Assembly: GCA_965203035.1 (NCBI GenBank)
Contig: OZ241858.1
Location: 1,600,882-1,664,881, forward strand
Length of the DNA: 64,000 nucleotides
Direction of reading: 5' to 3'
Origin: Candidatus Spongiisocius sp.
GTDB taxonomy: Bacteria > Actinomycetota > Acidimicrobiia > Spongiisociales > Spongiisociaceae
In this document: piece after piece, positions 9,356-17,834 of the stretch
How positions within the stretch are numbered: position 1 is the first letter of the stretch
How the letters are laid out: each line of letters starts with the position of its first letter
The notes under the pieces: model-generated
Told to the model about the DNA's origin: nothing
What the model saw: the letters and a program-made list of their open reading frames with translations, nothing else
Database searches by the model: none
Translations under genes and position numbers: made by a program

Positions 9356-9751
9356 TTAGCTGACTAGAACAGCAACTAGAACACCTATTGCTACAGCCAT
9401 ATAGAAGCTGACAAGTGTCACAGAGAACATCGAGGAGCGCCATGCCAGTTTCGTGCCCTTGAATCGGTTTGTTCTCATCGAGAAGTCGATCTCCTCAGGC
9501 TGCAGGAGACGCACGTGATCGTACAGAGCACGGTACAGTCGTTCTTGGCGAAGGAAATAGGCGTCTAAACCCCAGAACACCAGCGTAGGGAGAAGGCCAA
9601 CCAGCGCCCAGTCGCTTTCGCCCTGCCGCGAAACCAGCACGAGTAGGGCGGAAACCAGCACGACGCTCCACCCCTTCAACATGAAGGAGTTGAAGGCCAT
9701 GCGGTTGATGACACCCTGGATCAGTTCCAAGTGCTTCAGCTTGGATTCCAT
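9356..9751 (-). CDS. small integral membrane protein (~131 aa, 3 predicted TM helices); possible SLATT-like effector
   Basis: Start chosen at 'MESKLKHL' with GGGAGGG 6 nt upstream. Hydrophobic segments 'WSVVLVSALLVLV', 'WALVGLLPTLVFWGL', 'FSVTLVSFYMAVAIGVLVAVLVS'. Sits 19 nt upstream of the TIR-like gene on the same strand, in the same low-GC block. Confidence 0.55.
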   Translation of the reverse strand: MESKLKHLELIQGVINRMAFNSFMLKGWSVVLVSALLVLVSRQGESDWALVGLLPTLVFWGLDAYFLRQERLYRALYDHVRLLQPEEIDFSMRTNRFKGTKLAWRSSMFSVTLVSFYMAVAIGVLVAVLVS

Positions 9752-9844
9752 CCACACCCTCCCGGCGGCGAACCTCATGCGCCTGACGTGACTGCGACTC
9801 CGGCGCGTGAGCCCAAGTCTAGTGACTGCTTTGCCAGAGGTTAC

Positions 9845-10180
9845 GGGGCGAAGGGATCGCTGTGGACGGAGCGGGACGAGTCTCCGGCGCTGGGAACGCC
9901 GTGCCGGATTTGGCGGTCTTGGTGGGCTTGGCGAGGCCGGCGCGGGCTGCTTCGGCGGTGCGTTGGGCGTTGAGTTCCAGGAAGCGAGCCAGCACCTGGT
10001 CGCGGACGGCGTCGGGCCATCGGTAGCGGTAGGACTTCTTCGTCCTGCCCGAGGTCTCCCCATCGGTCTCGTAGTCGAGCAGGTGCTCGCAGTCCGTTGG
10101 GATGTCGGTCCAACCGTGGGCGTCAAGTACTGCTCAATCCATGGCGGTGCGCAGACGACGGAGTTCGTCGATCTCGGGGA
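9845..10180 (-). pseudogene. degraded 3' copy of drmMI (last ~100 codons) with an in-frame TGA
   Basis: Minus-strand translation '...AVLDAHGWTDIPTDCEHLLDYETDGETSGRTKKSYRYRWPDAVRDQVLARFLELNAQRTAEAARAGLAKP' matches the drmMI C-terminus. Nucleotides 9930-10180 align with 13870-14110. Confidence 0.65.
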
Positions 10181-10562
10181 TCGTTCGAGTGTTCTCAGCG
10201 ACTGCACGCAGGGCCCACCCTGACGCCGCGTGGCTCGTGCGTTGTGACGCCCGCGAGCGGATGTTTGATGTGGTGCTCCCGATTCTGGTCGACATCGCTG
10301 GCAGCCGAGACGTCGATGTGACCCCGGCCCCGTTCTGGCGACCCACCCAGACGTCGCTGTACGGCGACCGGGTCACCTAACCCGGAGAGATGGACCTGCT
10401 CGTGCGTCCCAGAACGACGACAGCCCGAACCCACGGCCCCGCGGCCCTCGGCCTGTAGGCCAAGACGCGGCCACTTCCCCACGTAAGGAGACCAGAATTG
10501 CTACTCCGTCCACCCCCTGCAAACCCCTCGATCCGTGAAGAGTCAGCGCTAGTCTTCGACGA

Positions 10563-12058
10563 GTGACCGAAGGAACACTGTCTGAGATCGCTGCTTGGCT
10601 GGACGAGGAGGCCGACTGCCAAGAGTTCTTCAGCCGTATTAGTGTTTCCCTCAACCGGCGCTTCGAAGTAGACGATCCGCTGGCTCCTCTCCCGTGGGCC
10701 TTCGACTACAGGCTTCTTGCGAGGTCCGACGAACGGTATGAAGGTCATGGTCCCTTCGGCCCGCTGTTGGAGACCACTGATGGACAACATCCGCCCCCAC
10801 TTGACCAGATTCCTGAAGAGGCAGTTTCTCTGTGGGAGAAGCTGAGCGGACTTGTCACGCATCCGTATTTGAAGGCGCGCCTGAACGACCTGATGTGGGA
10901 GCGACGCTGGTCTGACAGCCCCCACTTGTACGCTGGTACAGCTATCGATGCATATCTGGCACTGGGTCCTCCGGTAGCCGACGGGATGGAGTATGTGAAC
11001 GCTCTCTCTCGCGCGGCTGGGCTGGCACGGCAGATCAATGATGGTCAGCGGCGCCAGCTCGTCGTTGAAGCCGCTCTGCGCCGCGCCCAGGCAGAACTTG
11101 CCGGTGCCGAAGCGAAGCCAGGGATCGCCCTCCGTCTATTGGACGTAGTCCTCGATGATGACGGTGAGGGAGTCAGGGATAGAGTGGCCAGCTTGTTGGA
11201 GCAGGCTAACAAAGTATTCGATGATCCGTGGATTAGGAATAAAGTCATTGACCGGCAGATAGCTTTCTCATCTGGTGAGCGAGAACGGCGAAAGGAGCTG
11301 GAACTCCAAAAGGTCAATACTTGGATCCGGCGCGCCTCGACCGAAACCGGAATGAGGCGGCGGATTTTCTTGATGAGCGCACTGGAGCACGCCCGCACTT
11401 ACGGCTTCCGTGGCCAAGCGGAGCAGATCCGGCGGGAGATACAAGAGATCGAATTCAGTGAGGACAGCATGCAGAGCATCTCTGCCACAGTTGAGGTGCC
11501 AAGTGACGAAATCGAGAATACGATCTCTCAGATCAGCTCCGCTGGTACGTGGGCTGGCTGCTTGGATCGCCTGCTGTTCTTCGGGCCTCTGAGTGGCAGT
11601 CTGAAAGAGAATATCGAGCATGTCCGCCAGCAAGCAGAACAGTTCGTGGTCCAGCACCTGGTCCCCTCTGAAGTCTTAGGTCCTTGGAATGAGACTGTTT
11701 TCGTTGCTCATACTGAAGAACAGAAACAAGAATACAATCTGTCTAATTTTGAATCAATAGGTATCCAGATGAATAGCTATATCGTGGCTGCGGCTCTTGA
11801 GGCTATACAGGTCACCCACGGAATTCCCGCGAAGGACGAATTAGAGGACTTCTTCTCGACACCTTTCATTGACGAAGGCACCGCCGAACGGATAGCGGCG
11901 AGTGTCCTGCACTATGTCGTAGGCCAGTTTGATGAGTGTATCATGGTTCTTATTCCTCGGATCGAGAGGACAATACGGCAACTCATCCGCGAGATTGGTG
12001 CGCCAACCTGGTTGGAACCTAGATCAGGCGGATTCGGGAAACAGCGTTCGCTATACCG
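10563..12058 (+). pseudogene. N-terminal ~498 codons of a ~577-aa gene interrupted by ISL3 insertion (GTG start)
   Basis: Track ORF 10563..12122. Its last ~20 codons read into the IS inverted repeat. The ORF resumes after the 8-bp target duplication at ~13499. Confidence 0.6.
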
Positions 12059-13490
12059 GCTCTCCGCGTTTCAGTGGGGAGTGAGGGTGGTCAATAGGTC
12101 CCAGTTGGGTTTGCCGGCGTAGAGGAGGGCGCGGATTCGGTAGTTCGCGAAGTTGCGGAACCCGAAGGCTGTGCGTTTGACGCGTTTGATGAGGTTGTTG
12201 AGGGCTTCGGTGGGTCCGTTGGTCACGCGGGAGATGTGCCAGTTGGTGATCTGGGGGGTCCAGCGGGCGATGGTTCGTCCTAGTCGGTTGATCTCTGGTG
12301 GACAGGATTCGTCTTGGAGGTCGTCAGCCAACTGGAGGGTGTAGGAGAGCGCGGTGGCGATGCTGTCTATCTGGTAGATGCCTCGGACGGTTTCTTTGGC
12401 GTGCCAGGCGGTGCGGACTTCGCCGTGGGGGTCACCGGCGTCCAAGAGGCCACGGAGCCGTGTTTGGCCACCGTCGCTGATGCGTTCGGATGCGGCGGTG
12501 AGGAGCCGCCGTATCCGATACAGCGGATCGCCTTTTCGGCCTCTGTGCCCGAGGGTTTCGTTCTGGACCCGGCGCCGGACTTCGTCGAGCCGCTGGTTAG
12601 CCAACCGGATGACATGGAACGGGTCTGCGACTTGTGAAGCGTGGGGCAGCACCCGGTCATATGCGGTCCGATAGGGGCCGGAGAGGTCCAACACCGCCCA
12701 CAGGATCTGATCCCGCCATTCCTGGGACTGTTCCCGAAACCAGGATGCGGCGCTTTCTGCTGTCCTGCCAGGGACTATGTCCAACAGCTGGCGACCTCCC
12801 ACATCGACCACAGAGGTCGCCCACTGGGGGATACGCCACCTTCCCTGACGCCAGAACAACGTCTCATCGACCCCCACAGCTTCCACAGCCCCGAAACGGG
12901 AAGTGTCGGCTTCCAGCAGCGCTTCACCCCACCTTGCCACCTCTCCGTTGACCGTATGCCACCCACAACCCAACTCCGCAGCGACCTCTTGGACCGAACG
13001 GCCCAACCGCCCCACCTGGACGGTCGCCCACCTGGCCGCCCGAGACGTCAACAATCCACGCACAGGCGCAATCCCCGCATCCTGTTCGATAAACGAGCTG
13101 ACCGCACACTCAGAACTCGGGCACATCCAGCGCCGCTTCCGCCACCGCAGACGAACCGGCCGACCGAACGCCGGCAGATCCACCAACACCACCGTCCGCT
13201 CGCCCTTGGACCACACCCCTCCGCCACAGCCCCCACACATCGGACGGGACAGGCGAGACCCGATCACAACCTCCAACGGCGCCCCATCGCCCCCGTCGTC
13301 GATCCCGACCAACTCCACGTCGCCCAGACCCACCAACAACTCACACATGCGCGTAGGATCAGCTTCCACAGGGGTCCTCCTGCCTCGGATGTCATTGCTG
13401 AACTCCGATTATGGAGGACCCCTCCTCACTTCTAGTGGATTCCGAACCCCCGCACAGATCCCCCCACTCCCCACCCATTCGCGAAGAGCC
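12058..13490 (-). mobile_element. ISL3-family insertion sequence (~1.43 kb) with 8-bp target-site duplication GCTATACC
   Basis: Terminal inverted repeats GGCTCTCCGCGTTTCAGTGGGGAGTGAGGG (left) and GGCTCTTCGCGAATGGGTGGGGAGTGGGGG (right, reverse complement). GCTATACC repeated directly at ~12050-12058 and ~13491-13498. Confidence 0.85.
12071..13369 (-). CDS. ISL3-family DDE transposase (432 aa, GTG start)
   Basis: Characteristic C-terminus '...TNGPTEALNNLIKRVKRTAFGFRNFANYRIRALLYAG' plus the 'GVDE' region. Confidence 0.9.
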   Translation of the reverse strand: MEADPTRMCELLVGLGDVELVGIDDGGDGAPLEVVIGSRLSRPMCGGCGGGVWSKGERTVVLVDLPAFGRPVRLRWRKRRWMCPSSECAVSSFIEQDAGIAPVRGLLTSRAARWATVQVGRLGRSVQEVAAELGCGWHTVNGEVARWGEALLEADTSRFGAVEAVGVDETLFWRQGRWRIPQWATSVVDVGGRQLLDIVPGRTAESAASWFREQSQEWRDQILWAVLDLSGPYRTAYDRVLPHASQVADPFHVIRLANQRLDEVRRRVQNETLGHRGRKGDPLYRIRRLLTAASERISDGGQTRLRGLLDAGDPHGEVRTAWHAKETVRGIYQIDSIATALSYTLQLADDLQDESCPPEINRLGRTIARWTPQITNWHISRVTNGPTEALNNLIKRVKRTAFGFRNFANYRIRALLYAGKPNWDLLTTLTPH

Positions 13491-13498
13491 GCTATACC

Positions 13499-13734
13499 AA
13501 CTCCTTGTCCATCTGGACGGCCACATGGACAAGGACTGGCTCAGGTACCTCAAAACTTTGCTTGTCAACCCGCTCGGCCCAAACCTGCGCAACGTGCATA
13601 TGCACGGTTTGGCACAACAGGGAACACGTGAACAGGCTGCAGTGCTAATCCATGCGGTCGTGTTTCTCGCGTCGTTGCGAGTGAGTATCCAACCGGGGGA
13701 CGGTGCTGACGTTGAGGGAGATAGCATCCACTAG
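13499..13734 (+). pseudogene. C-terminal ~78 codons of the IS-split gene, carrying an Rx4H HEPN-like motif 'NLRNVHMHG'
   Basis: Reading continues '...RSLY|QLLVHLDGHMDKDW...' directly after the right target duplication. Part of track ORF 13411..13734. Confidence 0.5.
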
Positions 13735-13769
13735 CCTGATTGATTGGTCGGTGTCCGCGGTGAGCCAGA

Positions 13770-16700
13770 CTAGAGGTCGGTCTCCCACAGTGTCCTGGAC
13801 GTAGTGGTGCCGGTGAACGCCCCATCAGAGCGCCGACGCTGCGGCGCGTTCTCCCCACTCATGGGCTTTCTGAGGCCGGCGCGGGCTTCTTCGGCGGCGC
13901 GTTGGGCGTTGAGTTCTAGGAGGCGGGCTAGCACCTCGTCGCGGATGGGATCGGGCCAGCGGTAGCGGTAGGGCTTCTTCTTTCTGCCCCAGGTCTCCTC
14001 GTCGATTTCGTAGTCGAGTAGGAACTCGCAGTCCGTGGGGATGTCGGTCCAGCCATAGGCGTTCAGCACAGCTCGATCCATGGCTGTGTGCAGACGACGG
14101 AGCTCGGTGATCTCGGCATCGTTCTCGTAGGGATCGTGGAAGCGGTTGTAGATCTTGGTCATCCCCTCGCCATAGCGAACCATGAGCGCCGCCCGGAATT
14201 CATAGTACTCACTGCCGACTGCTTCAAAATCGTAGCGGCTCCGCCAGTTCTCAGGAAACGGAAAAGTCTCGAAACAATCCGACGGCGTATAACGCAGGTC
14301 GTCCTTCATTGAAGATCCAAAGAATAGTGCCCAAGCTTCGTGAGGTCGTGCCTGTAGAGCGGAAAAGGCGGCGTAGTTCTCGACCGGATAGACGTTTAGC
14401 GTGTGTCCATACACCATATTTGACGGCAGGAACGCAAACTGTACATGGTTGCTAACCTGAGAGTTAGCTAGTACACGCGCTAATTTGTCGACTCTGCTAT
14501 AGAGTTCCTTTGCATGATGAACGAACTGCCACCAGATGGACGCTCGTTTGCCATGACCTGACTTACTGATTCTCGCCGACTCCATCCGCTCTGGCCTAAC
14601 TGACTCCTCTATAATCGAAAGGAGATGAGGATATAGGTAGCGGCATTCCTCCAGTGCCATTTCTCCGAAGTTAATTACGAATCGGTGATGTGATTGTGTC
14701 GCGCTAGTGTTAAGTTCCTTGCCTCCAATATAAGGGAATATCACGTTGCCATAGTGGGGATTCTCTCTCAGGAGATCTCTCATTGTCTCTATCGGTGTAG
14801 CAAGGCCTCCGCGCCCTGCATCGTCGAAGGAAAACCCGCCAATCCCAAGAATATAGCTGCCAACGAAGCTACTTCCTATATTGGTTCGAAGAGGTAGTGG
14901 GTCATCGTGGCCACCTCTATTGGACAAGAAGGCGGTAATCTTGTCAACGACCTGCCCATCTATGTATCTATGACCGCCGTATTGGCCCTTGCTGATGTGG
15001 ACGATACTCACGACTACTGCGGCTAGCCCCGGCCAACTGACGCGTCGACGAGCGTTATATATCTGACCGCCCTTCTTACAGATCCAACGTAACCCGCTGG
15101 CACGTGTATCTCCTTGGGCAATAGTGTTGGTGGCGATTAAACCTAGTGTCCCATTCCGGCGGATCAGATCGTAGGATCGCCGATAGAAGTGAGCGACTAC
15201 ATCGCACTTACCTGTGCTCTCAGGATGGGTCAGCCTCAACCACTGTGTGTAGCCGCGCACGTTAGCGTTGACAACTGTGTTATGGCCACCGAACGGTGGG
15301 TTGCCGACTATGGTGTCAAACCCTGGGTTGGGCCGGTCGAAGACTTCGGGGAACGCAATCTGCCAGTGGAACGGGGCAAGTGGTGGATCACCGTACCGTA
15401 GTTCGGTCAGCCATCCCTTGTACTGACCGGCGGACCCGTTGAGCACCGCGGACGCGAACTTCTTGCGGCGCTCCTCCCGAGCCTTGGGCTTGGACTCATC
15501 GAAGAAGGCGGCCAGTACCAGGTCACCGAGCATCTGCACCTCGTCCGTCTCGTCCCGCGCTTCCCGCCACCAGGCTCGTCGTTCCCAGTCGGACACGGTG
15601 TCATCCGCCTCGCGGATTCGACGGCGCAGATCGTTGGCGCGATCGAGGTGTTCCTGTCCTCGCAGTGCTTCGAAACCGGCCTGGAAGATGGGGGCTTTGC
15701 CCTTCCAATGGAAGGTCCGTGTCTGGGGTATCGAGAGTCCCACCAGCGAGTCGCCGTGTCGCAGGGCGTGATCCAGGAAGGTCAATGGATGGTCCTTGGC
15801 CAGGGTGATCAGCCAGAGTGACAGCTTGGCGAGATCCACGGCCTTGGGGTTGCGGTCCACTCCGTAGAGGCAGCGCTGGGCCACCAGCCGCCGGGCGAAG
15901 ATCTGCTCGTCCTCGTCGGGCGGGATCTCGGGCATGGCGTCGTGGGCGCGCCACGATTCGATGAGTTGATCGGCGAGTTGGCGGCAGGCCTCCACCAGGA
16001 AGGCAGCCGATCCCATGGCCGGGTCGCACACCTTGAGGTCGAGAATCTGATCGGGACGGACCGGGCCGCCGGCCTCGGTAGCTAGCCGATCCAGGATGGG
16101 TTCCAGCGCCTTACGGACGATGGGCTCGGTGAGCTCGCGGGGCGTGTAATGCGAGCCGGACTTTCGGCGTTCCTCGCTCGGCTGCAGCACCATGGCGCCT
16201 GCCGCTACCAGGTCCGGAGTGGCGTTGCGATCAAGAACCGAATCGAGCGCCGCATGCATCTCGTCGAGGGAACCAGACTCCCGAACCGCCTTACCCACCT
16301 TTGTGGTGAGCGTGCGGTCGGTACGGTCCCGGATCCACTTGACCCGCTTGGACGGTTCCTGTCCCAGTAGGGCTTCGAGGTTCACCGTGGCGGGAGCGCC
16401 ATGCTTCTTGGTGGCCTTGATGGCAACGCTCCGGCCTGAGGCGGTCTCGAGGCGGAAACCCATCATGGTCTCGTAGACCGAGCCGATGTGCTCCACATCA
16501 AGCGCCCGGTAGGAGATGCGCTCGGCGTCCAGGACGATGAGCTTCTCCAGCACCCGGTGGATCGTGCCGTCCCCGATGCGCGGCGGCTCGATCCTCTCCA
16601 ATGTCTGCCGCGGGCCGAAGTCACGGCCTTCGAGGAACGGGTAGCGATCGGGGCGGAAGAGATCGCCGTACTTGGGCGCCATTGACATCTGCCCGGCGTT

Positions 16701-17834
16701 GGCGCCGTCGTGGACCATGCGCCAGAGGGCCAGGAGTTGGGCGTAGGCGCCGTAGCGCTGGTCCATGGTGTCCGGGTGCTGGGAAGCGTCGGCTCGCAGC
16801 CGCTCGTAGAGACCGGACACCGAGTAGGCGCCCAGGAAGGTCTCGTCCTGGGGCAGCAGGTCCCGCTCCTCGGCGTACAGCAGGTAGACGAGGCGCAGTA
16901 CCACCGTCAGCAGTCCCCGGTAGATCTCGTCGGGATCCTCCGCAAGCCAGCGCCCGAGCAGCCGACCTTCAGACGCGTCATGAGCGGCCTGGAAGCCTCG
17001 CAGCAGTTCGTAGAGTGCGTGGAGCACCTGTTCGGCCAGGCGCTCGCTCACCTCGTTCTGGAACTTGCGGCTGTCCTCCAGTAGCGCCGCCAGGCGCTTC
17101 TCCCGCGGCACGCTTAGCAGGCGCGTCTCTCCGAGAAGCTCGCGCATGGCTGAGCAGATCGGTCGGCCTGCCGTCTGGACCATGTCGCTCACCTGGAAGT
17201 CCAGCCATCCCGAACTCTCACCCCGGGGCGCGGAGACGAGGCGCAACGTTCCGCCATTGAATAGGAGCCCCGCTGGAACGCCCGTGTTTCGCAACAGCCG
17301 CTCCATCCGGCCATGAGGTGACAGGTCCAGACCGCCGCCGGAGACAGCGCGGTCCAGGTCCTCGCCGGGTTCGCACACGCTGACCAGCAGTTGCCATGGA
17401 GAGGGTTCGTCCTCTTGCTCGTCACCCTTAGGAACGGCGGGCCGCACCGGAGCCCGGAGCGGTTCGGAGCGAACTGCGAAGTCGGGCCGGAACGCCTGGC
17501 CGGATTCCGGCAGCGGAAGCTCCAGGTCCGTGGGGATCGGCGCCTCAGCGGTGCCGGCATAGCCCTTCGGGGAGAACCTCCAACCGAGCACTTTCGCGGC
17601 GAACTGCCGGAAGTCCGGAAGTTCGGTCGTGGTGCCGGCCGGATCGGGAGCGCCGTTCTCAACCCACTCGCGGAGTAGCTTCTGGCCTGGGATATCCCGG
17701 AGGTTCAGGATCACGCCCGCCTTCACGAGCGCAGGCGCCGACACCACCAGGCCGGTAGGTCGGACGAACCCGATCCACTCCAGATGGTCGATTACCCGCT
17801 GGTCACGCTTCGCCATCAGTTGGTCTCCGGCCAC
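13770..17834 (-). CDS. drmMI: DISARM DrmMI, N6-adenine DNA methyltransferase (Eco57I-like), ~1350 aa
   Basis: Motif IV 'TIVGNPPFGGHN' and AdoMet-binding region. Large size typical of DrmMI. The start region overlaps the drmD stop (alternative start 17816). Confidence 0.85.
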   Translation of the reverse strand: MAGDQLMAKRDQRVIDHLEWIGFVRPTGLVVSAPALVKAGVILNLRDIPGQKLLREWVENGAPDPAGTTTELPDFRQFAAKVLGWRFSPKGYAGTAEAPIPTDLELPLPESGQAFRPDFAVRSEPLRAPVRPAVPKGDEQEDEPSPWQLLVSVCEPGEDLDRAVSGGGLDLSPHGRMERLLRNTGVPAGLLFNGGTLRLVSAPRGESSGWLDFQVSDMVQTAGRPICSAMRELLGETRLLSVPREKRLAALLEDSRKFQNEVSERLAEQVLHALYELLRGFQAAHDASEGRLLGRWLAEDPDEIYRGLLTVVLRLVYLLYAEERDLLPQDETFLGAYSVSGLYERLRADASQHPDTMDQRYGAYAQLLALWRMVHDGANAGQMSMAPKYGDLFRPDRYPFLEGRDFGPRQTLERIEPPRIGDGTIHRVLEKLIVLDAERISYRALDVEHIGSVYETMMGFRLETASGRSVAIKATKKHGAPATVNLEALLGQEPSKRVKWIRDRTDRTLTTKVGKAVRESGSLDEMHAALDSVLDRNATPDLVAAGAMVLQPSEERRKSGSHYTPRELTEPIVRKALEPILDRLATEAGGPVRPDQILDLKVCDPAMGSAAFLVEACRQLADQLIESWRAHDAMPEIPPDEDEQIFARRLVAQRCLYGVDRNPKAVDLAKLSLWLITLAKDHPLTFLDHALRHGDSLVGLSIPQTRTFHWKGKAPIFQAGFEALRGQEHLDRANDLRRRIREADDTVSDWERRAWWREARDETDEVQMLGDLVLAAFFDESKPKAREERRKKFASAVLNGSAGQYKGWLTELRYGDPPLAPFHWQIAFPEVFDRPNPGFDTIVGNPPFGGHNTVVNANVRGYTQWLRLTHPESTGKCDVVAHFYRRSYDLIRRNGTLGLIATNTIAQGDTRASGLRWICKKGGQIYNARRRVSWPGLAAVVVSIVHISKGQYGGHRYIDGQVVDKITAFLSNRGGHDDPLPLRTNIGSSFVGSYILGIGGFSFDDAGRGGLATPIETMRDLLRENPHYGNVIFPYIGGKELNTSATQSHHRFVINFGEMALEECRYLYPHLLSIIEESVRPERMESARISKSGHGKRASIWWQFVHHAKELYSRVDKLARVLANSQVSNHVQFAFLPSNMVYGHTLNVYPVENYAAFSALQARPHEAWALFFGSSMKDDLRYTPSDCFETFPFPENWRSRYDFEAVGSEYYEFRAALMVRYGEGMTKIYNRFHDPYENDAEITELRRLHTAMDRAVLNAYGWTDIPTDCEFLLDYEIDEETWGRKKKPYRYRWPDPIRDEVLARLLELNAQRAAEEARAGLRKPMSGENAPQRRRSDGAFTGTTTSRTLWETDL

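Noticed and set aside
9752-10207. N-terminal 150 codons of track ORF 9356..10207
   Set aside because: Pro/Arg/Ser-rich and overlaps the drmMI 3' remnant in another frame. A strong SD precedes the internal 'MESKLKHL' start, so only 9356..9751 is called.
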